Under the pieces are notes generated by a model. That model saw only the letters and a list, made by a program, of their open reading frames with translations, was not told the origin of the DNA and did no database searches. Position numbers and translations under genes: made by a program. Of a stretch of DNA of 64,000 nucleotides, positions 35,361 through 48,145 are shown in pieces. Position 1 is the first letter of the stretch, and each line of letters opens with the position of its first letter. This DNA comes from Octopus sinensis (Eukaryota), in NCBI RefSeq assembly GCF_006345805.1, contig NC_043001.1, forward strand, positions 125,674,001 to 125,738,000, in the 5' to 3' direction.

Positions 35361-36600
35361 GAAGGAACTCAGCCACTTTGCCACCCTGAGGCCCAATCCT
35401 CGAAAGGAACTCAGCCACTTTGCCACCCTGAGGCCCAATCCTCGAAAGGAACTCAGCCACTTTGCCACCCTGAGGCCCAATCCTCAAAAGGAACTCAGCC
35501 ACTTTGCCACCCTGAGGCCCAATCCTCAAAAGGAACTCAGCCACTTTGCCACCCTGAGGCCCAATCCTCGAAAGGAACTCAGCCACTTTGCCACCCTGAG
35601 GCCCAATCCTCAAAAGGAACTCAGCCACTTTGCTACCCTGAGACCCAATCCTCAAAAGGAACTCAGCCACTTTGCCACCCTGAGGCCCAATCCTCGAAAG
35701 GAACTCAGCCACTTTGCCACCCTGAGGCCCAATCCTCGAAAGGAACTCAGCCACTTTGCCACCCTGAGGCCCAATCCTCAAAAGGAACTCAGCCACTTTG
35801 CCACCCTGAGGCCCAATCCTCAAAAGGAACTCAGCCACTTTGCCACCCTGAGGCCCAATCCTCGAAAGGAACTCAGCACTTTGCCACCCTGAGGCCCAAT
35901 CCTCAAAAGGAACTCAGCCACTTTGCTACCCTGAGACCCAATCCTCAAAAGGAACTCAGCCACTTTGCCACCCTGAGGCCCAATCCTCGAAAGGAACTCA
36001 GCCACTTTGCCACCCTGAGGCCCAATCCTCGAAAGGAACTCAGCCACTTTGCCACCCTGAGGCCCAATCCTCAAAAGGAACTCAGCCACTTTGCCACCCT
36101 GAGGCCCAATCCTCAAAAGGAACTCAGCCACTTTGCCACCCTGAGGCCCAATCCTCGAAAGGAACTCAGCCACTTTGCCACCCTGAGGCCCAATCCTCAA
36201 AAGGAACTCAGCCACTTTGCTACCCTGAGACCCAATCCTCAAAAGGAACTCAGCCACTTTGCCACCCTGAGGCCCAATCCTCGAAAGGAACTCAGCCACT
36301 TTGCCACCCTGAGGCCCAATCCTCAAAAGGAACTCAGCCACTTGCTACCCTGAGACCCAATCCTCAAAAGGAACTCAGCCACTTTGCCACCCTGAGGCCC
36401 AATCCTCGAAAGGAACTCAGCCACTTTGCCACCCTGAGGCCCAATCCTCGAAAGGAACTCAGCCACTTTGCCACCCTGAGGCCCAATCCTCAAAAGGAAC
36501 TCAGCCACTTTGCCACCCTGAGGCCCAATCCTCAAAAGGAACTCAGCCACTTTGCCACCCTGCGGCCCAACACTCGAAAGGAACTCAGCTATTTTGCTTC
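35361..36600. repeat. 42-bp minisatellite, ~29 copies, with a 7-unit higher-order repeat
   Basis: Unit aaggaactcagccactttgccaccctgaggcccaatcctc(a/g)a. The variant gctaccctgagaccc recurs at ~35631, 35924, 36218 and 36343. Confidence 0.96.
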
Positions 36601-36619
36601 TGTGTGGCCCAACATTCAA

Positions 36620-39600
36620 AAGGTGCTCTTTACATGCCATTGGCATTGGTCCCAGTTACAGGACACCAGCATCAGCCATGACTACGATTTCACTTGGCTT
36701 GACAGGTCTTGTCAAGCACAGCATATTGCCAAAGGTTTTGGCCACTAGTCCTTGTCTCTATGAGGCTCAAATTTCAAAGATCATGCTTCACCACTTCATC
36801 CCATGTCTTCCTAGGTTTACTTCTACCACAGGTTCCCTCCACAGTTAGAGATCAGCACTTCTTTACACAGCTGTTCTCGTACATATGCATCACATGACCG
36901 TACCAGCACAGTTGTCTCTCTTGCACACCACATTTGATGCCCCTTATGCCTAATTTTTCTCTCAAGATACTTACACTCTGTCGAACATGCACACTGACAT
37001 TGCACATCCAGCAAAGCATACTGGCTTCATTTCTTTCAAGCCTACATATGTCCTCAGCTGTCACAGCCCATGTTTCACTGCCATGTAGCATAACTGTTCA
37101 CACACAGGCATCATACAATTTGCCTTTCACTCTGATAGCGAAGCCTTTTGTTGCTAGCAGAGGTAGGAGCTCTCTGAACTTTGCCCAACCTAATCTTATT
37201 CTCATAGCTATGCTCTTGAAGCATTCACCTCCACTACTAACTTGGACACCTAGATAGCAGAAGCTATCTACTACCGCTAGCTTGCTCCCCTGGCAGTTAA
37301 TGGAGTCTATTTTCTGCATATTTTCAGTGTTTATTGTACCTGTGCACCTTCCACATATAAAAGCTAGTTTCCCTTTTAACCCACCTCTGATATCGCTGCA
37401 CCTTTTATGTGTCCAAAGCTTACATTGGGTGCATCTTATGGAGTTTCTACCTACATCTTTTCTACAGATTGAGCAGGGCCATCTACTTGACAGGATTTGT
37501 GGTTTGTCTGCCTTCCTGCTCACCAAGACTTTGGTTTTTGCTAGGTTAACTCTAAGGTCCTTCGATTTTAGACCTTGCTTCCATGCCAGAAACATCTCTA
37601 GTTCTGGTAGTGATTCAGCAATAAAAGCAAGGTCATCAGCATAGAGGAGCTCCCAGGGGCAGCCTATCTTAAATTCCTCTGTTATTGCTTGAAGGACTAT
37701 GATGAACAAGAAGGGGCTGAGCACCAATCCTTGGTGAGCCCCTACTTCTGAATTTTTCGCTGTAGTCATTGCTAATCCTCATCTTGCGGGTAGCATCCCT
37801 GTACATAGCTTGTACAGCTCTCACCAACCACTTGTCTATCCCTAGTTTCTGCATTGACCACCAGATAAGGGATCAGGAGACCCTGTCAAAGGCTTTCTCC
37901 GAGTCAACAAAGGCCAAGTACAGAGGTTTATCTTTGGCTATGTATTTCTCTTGCAGCTGTCTTACCAGAAATATAGCATCAGTGGTGCTTCTCCCAGACA
38001 CAAAACCAAACTGCAACTCATCTAGACTAACTCTCCCTAATTAGTTGTGCTATGACTCTCTCTGTAATTTTCATCCCCTGATCCAACAATTTGATACCTC
38101 TGTAATTATTTCTGTCTAAGGCATCACCTTTATCTTTATAGCAGTTGACTATGGTACTGCTACACTATTCATTGGGTATGACTCCTTTGTGAACCACCTG
38201 ATTTATAATACAGGTAACTAGACCATAACCCATCCCACCAGATATTTTAAGTATCTCAGTGGTGATTCCTGATGGGCCAGGAGCTTTCCCTGTCTTCATA
38301 TCTTTAATTGCTTTATCTACCAAGGAACTATCATTTTGGTTAGCTGGTCTCTCAATTGGGTCAACATTTGGCAGACTCTCCTCCTCCTATTCATTCTCCA
38401 CATTCAGCAGCCTTTCATAATGACATTTCCAAGTATCTTTCTCTGCAGAATCATTAAATGCAAATGCACCATCATCCATACAGACACATTTCTCTCCAAT
38501 GGCATCACGATTTTCTCTCACACTCCTCCAGACAATCTTTATTTAAAAAAAAAACGCAGCCCCAAACTTCTGCTCTTTCATTCATTCATTCATCTAACAG
38601 ATAAGTTGAATGCTTATTTATTATTTCACTTCCCCATCAATCATACATGCTTTCTTATCTATCTAACTATTTTTAACTAATTTCTATATCTATCTAATTA
38701 TTTTAACTAATTTATCCATTACCCATCTCGCCTCTCGTGTATTCATCAACCATCGTGTATTTGCGCCTTCTTCCTCCGGACAATCTTTATTTAAAAAAAA
38801 AAAACGCAGCCCCAAACTTCTGCTCTTTCATTCATTCATTCATCTAACAGATAAGTTGAATGCTTATTTATTATTTCACTTCCCCATCAATCATACATGC
38901 TTTCTTATCTATCTAACTATTTTTAACTAATTTCTATATCTATCTAATTATTTTAACTAATTTATCCATTACCCATCTCGCCTCTCGTGTATTCATCAAC
39001 CATCGTGTATTCGCGGTGCACCCGCCCTGCCCACCCCCACCACCAATACCGGATATCTCTATATTTTTGCTCCATCCATACCGGATGTCGCTTCTCCCAC
39101 CACCATAATAGGTGTCTACTCTTCGAACCACCCTCTTCAATACGCTATTTCACCATGCATTACCCCTCTCTTGATATCCTACGTTCTACTTGCCTAGAAC
39201 CTGTCATCATTTCTCTGAACCACCCCTCCCCACTGGTGCTCCCCTATATTTCTGCACCCCCCCCACATAAAAAAAAAGCACCATCCGAACGTGGCCGATG
39301 CCAGACCCCTCTGGCACCTGTGCAGGTGGCACGTAAAAAACACCCACTACACTCGCGGAGTGGTTGGTGTTAGGAAGGGCATCCAGCTGTAGAAACTCTG
39401 CCAGACTAGACTGGAGCCTGGGGCAGTCCCTTGCTCCCCAGACCCCGGTCGAAACCGTCCAACCCGTGCTAGCGCGGAAAACGGACGTTAAATGATGATG
39501 ATGATGATGATGACTGTCTTGCAATCTGAAACACTTCAATTCTTTGGTCCACATGTCACTGAACATAGGCAAACTTCCTCTTTTCTGGTTCTCCCTTGGC

Positions 39601-39800
39601 TAGATATACCTCTCCTAGCTTCCGTTCTGGCTATCTGATACAGTTTCCTGCTACTCCCACTCATCCAGGCCTGTTTCTTTGGTCTAATGGCCCTGTCCAC
39701 TGCATCGTTCCACACCATGTTACCCTAGGTTTGGATGGGACTTTGCACCAGCTGCAGATTTGGTCTTTGGAATTCCCAGTTGCACTCTATGTCACAAGTC
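36620..39800 (-). mobile_element. RTE-clade LINE (decayed), split by an insertion at 38524-39512
   Basis: RT motifs LYADDL and HQGLVLSP. The ORF rejoins across the insertion as FQIARQ|CVRENRDAIGEKC. Confidence 0.93.
38524..39512 (+). mobile_element. Composite non-autonomous retroelement (989 bp): ~249-bp module x2 + C-rich core + RTE 3' UTR + (GAT)n
   Basis: Boundaries are defined by rejoining the host RTE. gacaatcttt occurs at 38531 and 38779. The core matches 20057-20545. Confidence 0.8.
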
Positions 39801-40481
39801 TGTAGCTCGTCTTCCCTCTCATCAAATTTTGCCATTAGGATATCTCTAAATCTCTGACCATATATATATATATCTGTCTTTTGATCCTATTTAATATACT
39901 TATATAATATAATTTATATAATATAATTGTATAAATATATATCTAATGTAATTAAGCATAACAACTAAATGCCTACTGTAATTAAGCATAACAACTAAAT
40001 GACCAATGTGACTAAGCGTAACAACTAAACGCCCAATGTGATTAAGCATTATCATCATCATCATCATTTAGTGTCCGCTTTGCATGCTAGCATGGGTTGG
40101 CCGGTTCAACTGGGATCTGGGAAGCCAGAAGGCTGCACCAGGCCCAGTCTGATCTGGCAATGTTTCTACAGCTGGATGCCCTTCCTAACGCCAACCACTC
40201 CATGAGTGTAGTGGGTGCTTTTTACATGCCACCAGCATGGGGGCCAGGCGAGGCTAGCAACAGCCACGATCAGATGGTGCTTTTTACGTGCCACCGGCAC
40301 GGGGGCCAGGCAAGGCTGGCAACGGCAACTAAGATCAACTTGTCTAAAGTCTGTGACACTATTAAGACATGAGACATTTAATGACATTTAACTGCAAAAA
40401 TACTATATTCACACACACACACACACAATGGTTATAATGGTATTTATGATAATTGTAATATTGTAGGAATTGATGAAATAC

Positions 40482-40566
40482 CTTATATCCTCGCCAAAAT
40501 GACTGTATCACAATACATGCCTCTTCGTCACTCCATAGCAAAGATTTTGGTAATGCTACTCGGGTA
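40482..40566 (-). CDS. IQCK: IQCK-like coding exon carrying most of the IQ motif
   Basis: Acceptor tctcacttcag, donor gtattt. 85 nt, T+TRVALPKSLLWSDEEACIVIQSFWRGYK. With the next exon it gives IQSFWRGYKVR, matching IQxxxRGxxxR. Confidence 0.95.
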
Positions 40567-40728
40567 CTGAAGTGAGATTGAGAACTGGTGTCAGACAGGG
40601 AGGAGAAAAAAACAACAGGCAAACATGTAAACAACACCATCCCAACAACTATCATCATTACCACTATCATCACCACCACCACCATCACCACCACCATCAC
40701 CACCAACAGCAACAACAACACCACCAAC

Positions 40729-40760
<32 letters not shown>

Positions 40761-42419
40761 CAACAACACCACCATAATCACAAACACCTTTACTAAATTC
40801 ATCACCACCACCACCTACAACACTATCATCATCATCAACATCAGTATCACCTACATCACTGCCACCACCACCATCACATCATCATCATCATCATCATCAT
40901 CGTGGTTGTCATCATCAGTCATTGTCGTTATCATTATTATCATTATCACTGTTGTCATCATCATCATCGTCGTTATCGTTGTCATCATCATCATCATTAC
41001 CTCATCACCATGACTACCACCACCACCACCACCACCACCGTTACCATCTCACTGTCACCATCAAATGAAGGGGCCTTTCTGTGGTACTTTCACTTCCTCG
41101 AAATAACAGCCAAGTCCCTCTCAGATCACACGTACCAGTTTAAAGACTGGAAGGATGCATATTGGATAATGTAATCCTAAATAAGTCCAAAGAAAGAGGA
41201 ACGATTAAGCAGTTAGGGCTGGGAAGCCTTTTGACCATAGGTCTGCTGAATCAGGTCTGGTCTGACCTAGGGCTAAACAGCACCATCAGTAGCAGCAGCA
41301 GCAGCAGCTGCTGTTCAAGAATTTGGACCTGGAGATCTCCATTTCCAGCGACTTCGAGGGCCACCTCCCAGTGGTGTCGGGTGTCAACGAAGAGCCCTTG
41401 ACTACAACAAGACGACCAAAGTTTTGTTTTTTCCAAGGTCTGGGGTCTCCTGCCCCTAAGCCCTAGACCATCACCTAATCAACCTTACCCGTCTTGTTGC
41501 TTAACAACAGCAGCAGCTACCTCTACCACAATTCTCTCTACCACTGTGATTTTCCATGTCATCATTACCACCTCCACTTCTACAGCCTCATCCTCATCAT
41601 CATCATCACTACCTTGAAGAATTTTTTTCAAAATAATGATTTGGAGGGATTTTATACCTTTAGCCAAATAGTCTGATATTTTGGTTTTGTAATAATGTTT
41701 TTGACAGAATAATATTCTGTGTCTGGAGTTATGTTTTGTCATATGGAGCCAGAAAGATGGGTGGAAGGGAGGAAGAGAGAGGGGAAAATGATAAACAGAG
41801 AGGTGTAGGGGAGAAAGACAGTGAAGTAACACATGCATGCATACACACATGCACACATGCACACACGCACACACACACACACACATACATACATACCCCT
41901 ATTTTCAAACGGAATTAAAAAGCACCATTTGAGCGTGGCCGTTGCCAGTACCACCTAACTGGCCCTCGTGCCGGTGGCACGTAAAAGCACCCACTACACT
42001 CTCGGAGTGGTTGGCGTTAGGAAGGGCATCCAGCTGTAGAAACTCTGCCAGATCAGATTGGGGTCTATTGCAGCCATCTGGTTCACCAGTCCTCAGTCAA
42101 ATCATCCAACCCATGCTAGCATGGAAAGCGGACATTAAATGATGATGATGATGAATTAAGCAATCAACAGGCATATTCCAAATTAAGGCGGTGAGATGGC
42201 AGAAACGTTAGCACGCCGGGCGAAATGCTTAGCGGTATTTCGTCTGCCGTTACGTTGTGAGTTCAAATTCCGCTGAGGTCGAATTTGCCTTTCATCCTTT
42301 CGGGGTCGATAAATTAAGTACCAGTTACGCACTGGGGTCGATGCAATCGACTTAATACCTATGTCTGTCCTTGTTTGTCCCCTCTGTGTTTAGCCCCTTG
42401 TGGGTAATAAAGAAATAGG

Positions 42420-43172
42420 CATATTCCAGGGTGATAGCCCATCTGTAATGCTGCTTGTACCGGCAGTGAATCCTTTGTCAGCCTTGTTAACAAAATTCCA
42501 AGGTTACATGCTGGGATATGCAGAAAAGAATAAAGTTAATAACTGCAGCGTGGAAGGTGTTTATAAGCCTGAAGTTTTGTCAGTAAACAGGTCGCGGTCT
42601 CAAAGCGACGAAAATATTTTGACAAATTTAATTTAAATGTTGGAGTGAATCTAATGGTTTTTGTGTTTTTCTTAAATGGCTTATAAACACCTTCCACGCT
42701 GCAATTCTTTTCGTTCCAGCACACGATCTCAGATCAAGTCACTCGCTATGCAAGTACATCTCCGTAATAAAGTTAATGTTGCCCACATATTTTTTGTTGA
42801 AAGCCTAAAGTTATATTCTGGTAATATGACCAACAAACATTAAGAGACAATTAGATCTCACAACATTCACACAAGATATAGGAATGGAGTTTGGGCAAGA
42901 TAAATGTTCATACCAAGGAAAGATTGATGACCAGGCAAAGAACATGTACATCAATAACTTGCCTATCTCCACTGTCTCTAATGAGACCTCAAAATCAATG
43001 AGAATGTTGCATACATTGGTGCTGTAACTAAAGCCAGAATAACAAAAGAGTAATTCCGTAGACTCGGGAAAATATGGAACACAGAGCTGTCTGCATTTAA
43101 CAAAACCATATCTCACAATGCTTTTGCAGTACCAGAGCCAGTACCAACATTTGGGATATTGGATTGGATACG
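42420..43172 (+). mobile_element. R4/Dong-like LINE RT fragment
   Basis: GIFQGDSPS...NKVN|VAHIFFVESLKLY...DIGMEFGQDKC...IWNTELSAFNK...FGILDW. The clade is judged from recalled motifs. Confidence 0.75.
42541..42765 (+). mobile_element. 225-bp Penelope-like insertion with 12-bp TSD and a 26-bp inverted 5' segment
   Basis: TSD aataaagttaat at 42529-42540 and 42766-42777. tgcagcgtggaaggtgtttataagcc (42544-42569) is inverted at 42678-42703. Hammerhead-like fold at 42576-42626. Confidence 0.75.
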
Positions 43173-43173
43173 C

Positions 43174-43229
<56 letters not shown>

Positions 43230-43932
43230 CCACCATCATCAGTTAACATCCGCATTTCCTTGCTAGCATGGGTTGGACGGTTTGACTGAGGACTGGCGAG
43301 CCAGATGGCTTCACCAGGCTCCAATCTGATCTGGGATCTGGCAAAGTTTCTACAGTTGGATGCCCTTCCTAACACCAACCACTGAGAGTGCAGTAGGTGC
43401 TTTTATGTGCCACTGGCATGAGGACCGTTCAGGCAGTACTGGCAATGGCCACACTCAAATGCTGTATTTTTACGTACCACCTGCACAGGAGCCAGTCCAG
43501 CAGCACTGGCAAAGACCTTGTTCGACTGTTGTTTTTCACATGCCACTGGCACAAGTGCCAGTAAGGTGACACTGGTAATGATCACGCTCAAATGGTGCAT
43601 TTTATGTGCCACCGGCACGGGAGCCAGTCAGTGGCCCTGGCAACGATCATGCTCGGATGGTGCTCTTAGTGCTCCACTTGCACGGATGCTAGTCATGCAG
43701 TGCTATCATCGAATTTATGCAAACTAGACATCAAAACAGAGAGGTACTGACCACCACTGCCAACTTCCTCATTAACAGTGACACCAATGGGATTTATGTG
43801 AGATGAAATGATGGGTGTCTATCCATAGTAACCATAGAGCTTGATAAGTCTTCTGACTTGCCAAATCCTACCAAACCATCCATTTCATACCAACATGGAA
43901 GGAAGGTGTTAAATGATGAAGATGATGATGAA

Positions 43933-43971
<39 letters not shown>

Positions 43972-44258
43972 CACCAAAGAAAGAGAGAGAGAGAGTAAAA
44001 GAGAGGTAAATGGAAACAGAGAGAGAGAGAGAAAATAAGAAGGGAAAGTGAAACTGACAAGTGAGAGCTGTCAAATGTCTTGATGTAACATATATTGGAA
44101 GTAAACAGAAGTGTTGATATAAAAGCATGGTAGCCAACAGAATATATGTAGAGTATTGTTGGGTGGCATCTTGCCTATGCAGCAGGGAGAATGCAGGACA
44201 CAACAACAATAGTAACAACAATAAAAAGAGTAATATGAAAATAAGATTTGATATTTAC

Positions 44259-44336
44259 TGGTCTTTAAGCCATTCTTTAACAAATGGAATATCCCACAAA
44301 GTAACATCCTGCCGATCGTTATAATTTGGATTGTTC
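44259..44336 (-). CDS. IQCK: IQCK-like coding exon
   Basis: Acceptor ttcatatttctag, donor gtaaat. 78 nt, G+NNPNYNDRQDVTLWDIPFVKEWLKD+CA. Phase 2 at both ends, fitting both neighbours. Confidence 0.92.
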
Positions 44337-44348
44337 CTAGAAATATGA

Positions 44349-44396
<48 letters not shown>

Positions 44397-44997
44397 AATA
44401 ATAGCAATAATAATAGCAATAATGATGATGATGATGATGATGATAATAATAACAACAACAATAATAATAATAACAATAACAACAATAATAACAATAATGA
44501 TGATGATGATGATGATAATAATAATAACAACAACAATAATAATAATAACAATAATGATGATGATAATGATGATGATTTTGTTTATTGACTACCAGGGCCC
44601 AAGACGTGGAGGACAATATCAAACAACGAGGTACCATACAAAAACAGGTAGGGTTTACATGGATCAAAGAGGGGCACTACAACATTAAAGGATATAACAA
44701 AGGATATATGAACAGAAGTTAGAGGAATAAATAATAAATAAATAGAATCCCCAATAGTGGGGCAGTCTACTTAGGGTAACTCAAGATAAGCCCCATGCAA
44801 AAGTCCCAGATTACTCAGCCATCCCCAAGGCATGGGAAGTGCCATCTTTCAGTTTCTTTCCTCCTACTCAGAAAAACATACTCAGAGTAGATCTGTGGCT
44901 TATCAATGTATACAGTGGATTTCTTTGTCCTGGGTTTCGGGAAGACAATCAGCAAGAAATGGAAACAAAATTGAAAGAAGAAGAGGAATAAATAATA

Positions 44998-45032
<35 letters not shown>

Positions 45033-45046
45033 TAATAAAATAATAA

Positions 45047-45101
<55 letters not shown>

Positions 45102-46074
45102 GTTTCAAATTTTGCCACAAGGGTAGCAGATTTGGGGCAGGGGTGAGTCAATTACATCGACCCCAGTGTTCAACTGGTACATATTTTATCAACCCCAAAA
45201 GGATGAAAAGTAAAGTCGACCTCGAGGGAATCTGAACTCGGAGCGTAGCGACAGGCAAAATGCTGCTAAACATTCCGTCCAGCGCCCTAACAATTCTGCC
45301 AGCTTGCCACCTTAATATAATGACGATGATGATGATGATGATGAGGAGGAGGAGGAGGAGGAGGAGGAGGAGGAGAAGAAGAAGAGCAACAACAATAACA
45401 TCAACAACAGTAGTTCCTAATTTAGACACAAGGTCAATGATTTTTGATAGGAGGGGATTTGTTGGTATGCTTGACCCCAGTACTTGACAGGTGCTTTATT
45501 GTCCTGGTGGGGATGAAAAGCAGCATTGACCTTGGCAGGATTTGGACTCAGAACAAAAAGAATCTGGAATAAACACCACAAGACATTTCTCTTCATTGGA
45601 GCATATTAGTTTCATTCCTTTCTGGTCTTCTTATGTCCTCTGCCTTCAAGGCCTATGTCCTCTGCCTTCAAGGCCTATGTCTCACTACCATTACTGTTCA
45701 TACACAAGCATAATGGACTCTGCCTTTTACTCTGAGGGAGAGAATATTTCTTACCAAAAGTGAAAATAATTCCCTGAACTTTTGCCAGCCTCTTCTTATT
45801 CTAGCAATTATACATTTTTACTACAGCTTCCTCCCTTGCTAATTTGGTCACTTAGGTAACAGAAACTATCTACTAACTCTAGAAAACCTCCTGGGCATTG
45901 GAGAGAATCTACTTCCTAAGTTTATTGCTTCTGTACATCCACCGCACACGAAGTCTACTGTCTCTGTCAACCTTGCTGTGATTGTAAGGAGATGCAAAAT
46001 GTGCAAAACCAATGCATCTGTGAATCAAAGAGATCTACTGTGTGAGAATGTGCTTCGCAAATGGTGACCCTTGA

Positions 46075-46760
46075 CCCCCTTTTCATGCCCATGCACATCA
46101 TCTCAAAATCTCTGCAGACTAATGGGCCTCAATACCTACTTACATGTAATGGACTATAGCATCCCAACCCATTCATACAGAGAATGCTGGCAATAGACTG
46201 ACATATTTGATAAATGAAATCTTGCCTTCCTTCCCATAAGAAATGGAAGATTAGATGGTTCAATTTGGTCAGATATGGCGTGAGACAAGGCACATAGACC
46301 AGGAGATAATAAATTAGAGAGGCAATATAGGTGTTTGCCTCTACTGTTCTGACCATTCAGGGGTAGCTAGCTTCCTCTGAGCCCATCACTGAGTGAACCT
46401 GATTGCTCTCTTTGAAACCAATTTCCAGTTCCTGTGCACCAGGGTTTCTGGACTGAACCATATCCTGAGCACTTTAACTAGAGAATCCGTTCAACGAGAG
46501 ATTACACTTTGAGGTGCCAAGTTGCAAGCCCACCTTGATACCTAATGTGTCTAACACCATGATACTGACGTCATCTGTGCATGTTGACATAATGCTTCAT
46601 TATCCCTGTTCAAGCAATGCACCTCAGCTTCTGCAGCAATGGCTCAGGAGCCAAAATGTATTGAAGTATTTAGAAAGAATACTCTAGAAAGAATGAGCTT
46701 GCAATACCAAACAACTCCAAATGGTGGCCAATTATGGCCACCACTTAACAGAACCCTTTG
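46075..46760 (-). mobile_element. Tx1/L1-like RT fragment
   Basis: ANTYIASLIYY...LNHLIFHFLWEG...NGLG resembles the region after RT in L1/Tx1 ORF2. Confidence 0.65.
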
Positions 46761-46844
46761 CATAATACTGTAATACAGCTTCTGAACACTTGATCAAAAC
46801 AGACAACTCTATGCGGCAGGTATTTAAAGGGAAAAATTTGACAA

Positions 46845-47262
46845 GGCGCAGGAGTGGCTGTGTGGTAAGTAGCTTGCTAACCGACCACATGGTTCCGGGT
46901 TCAGTCCCACTGCGTGGTATCTTGGGCAAGTGTCTTCTGCTATAGTCCCGGGCCGACCAATGCCTTGTGAGTTGATTTGGTAGACGGAAACTGAAAGAAG
47001 CCTGTCGTATATATGTATATATATATATGTGTGTGTATGTGTTTGTGTGTCTGTGTTTGTCACCCTAGCATTGCTTGACAACCGATGCTGGTGTGTTTAC
47101 GTCCCCGTCACTTAGCGGTTCAGCAAAAGAGACCGATAGAATAAGTACTGGGCTTACAAAGAATAAGTCCCGGGGTCGATTTGCTCGACTAAAGGCGGTG
47201 CTCCAGCATGGCCACAGACAAATGACTGAAACAAGTAAAAGAGTAAAAGAGTAAAGAGTAAG
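46845..47262 (+). mobile_element. Full-length tRNA-derived SINE family B
   Basis: Head ggcgcaggagtggctgtgtgg and tail (gagtaaaa)n. Confidence 0.88.
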
Positions 47263-47269
47263 ACAGTCA

Positions 47270-47885
47270 GTCACCGGCTGACACTCGCTGACAATACATC
47301 GAAGAGGCCAGGGAACAGAAGAAAGAACACACGCACCCAACACCAGAAGCTGAAGACACCTCCGAAAGGAAGGGCCCCGCAACGTCAAAACGGTAGAGGA
47401 GTAGGGGCCGAAACCAGATGTGGTTCCTCCTGATGATGTCTTGAACTAACTGGATCCTATAAAGGAGCTGCTGTGGTAGCAGACCACGAAACACGGTTGA
47501 AATTCCTCCTATATCTATTCATGTATAATACCCATTTGTTTTCTCCACTCATTATTCTTGGGATGATCATGGGTGGGTAGAGTCCTCAGGTACCTCCTCC
47601 GTAGGATTTTATTAGAATCAACTCTCATTACACTTTCTGGTTGGATTCTTAAGTGCGACCAACTAAGACTATGGATATATTATTCAATCATCACATCCTC
47701 AATCTACCTCGTGGTCTCCTGCCAGGAGGCTCATCTTGAATCTGTCTTGCAATTCTTTTCTGTGACAATCTAATTCCATGTCTGCAGTACCAGAGCTGTG
47801 ACCACTCAATGGAGAGGAGTAGTATCTCAACCTGAAGAGACTTTCTGATCTTCGCGCTAAGCACCTTGCTGAGTAATGTTACTCC
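47270..47885 (-). mobile_element. Probable Tx1-like ORF2 C-terminus and 3' UTR
   Basis: KIRKSLQVE...EWSQLW resembles Tx1 C-termini; followed by a GC-richer UTR-like segment. Confidence 0.45.
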
Positions 47886-48145
47886 AGTGGTCACTCTGAA
47901 AAGCTCTATCTGCGACGATTTCATCTCAATCGAAGGAGAGGGGCTTTCTCCATCTGGGTTGCGGATCCATGGAATAAGCTGCCGGACGAGATAGTGAACA
48001 TGCCGACGACCGCTTGGTTCAAAGTCTCCCTCGACCACAAATGGCCTGAACTCTTTGCATGAACACCCTCCCTGTACATAACTCCATGTCCCCCTATATG
48101 GCCTTGCTTTTTGCTTTTTGAGCCAAAAATTAACTTAACTTAACT
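47886..48145 (+). mobile_element. CR1-clade LINE 3' fragment (uninterrupted)
   Basis: GHSEKLYLRRFHLNRRRGAFSIWVADPWNKLPDEIV; (AACTT)n tail. Confidence 0.85.

Noticed and set aside
31863-36600. Regular arrays (67-bp, 42-bp) as CRISPR-like
   Set aside because: No unique spacers, eukaryotic context, and no cas genes.
35209-36646. 227-376-aa ORFs (KELSHFATLRPNP repeats)
   Set aside because: Produced by a stop-free 42-bp unit; open on both strands, intronic, flanked by RTE ends, with no splice signals.
47405-47445. GAAAC...CTGATGA resembling a type II hammerhead
   Set aside because: Only 4 nt lie between the cleavage triplet and the core, so stem I cannot form.
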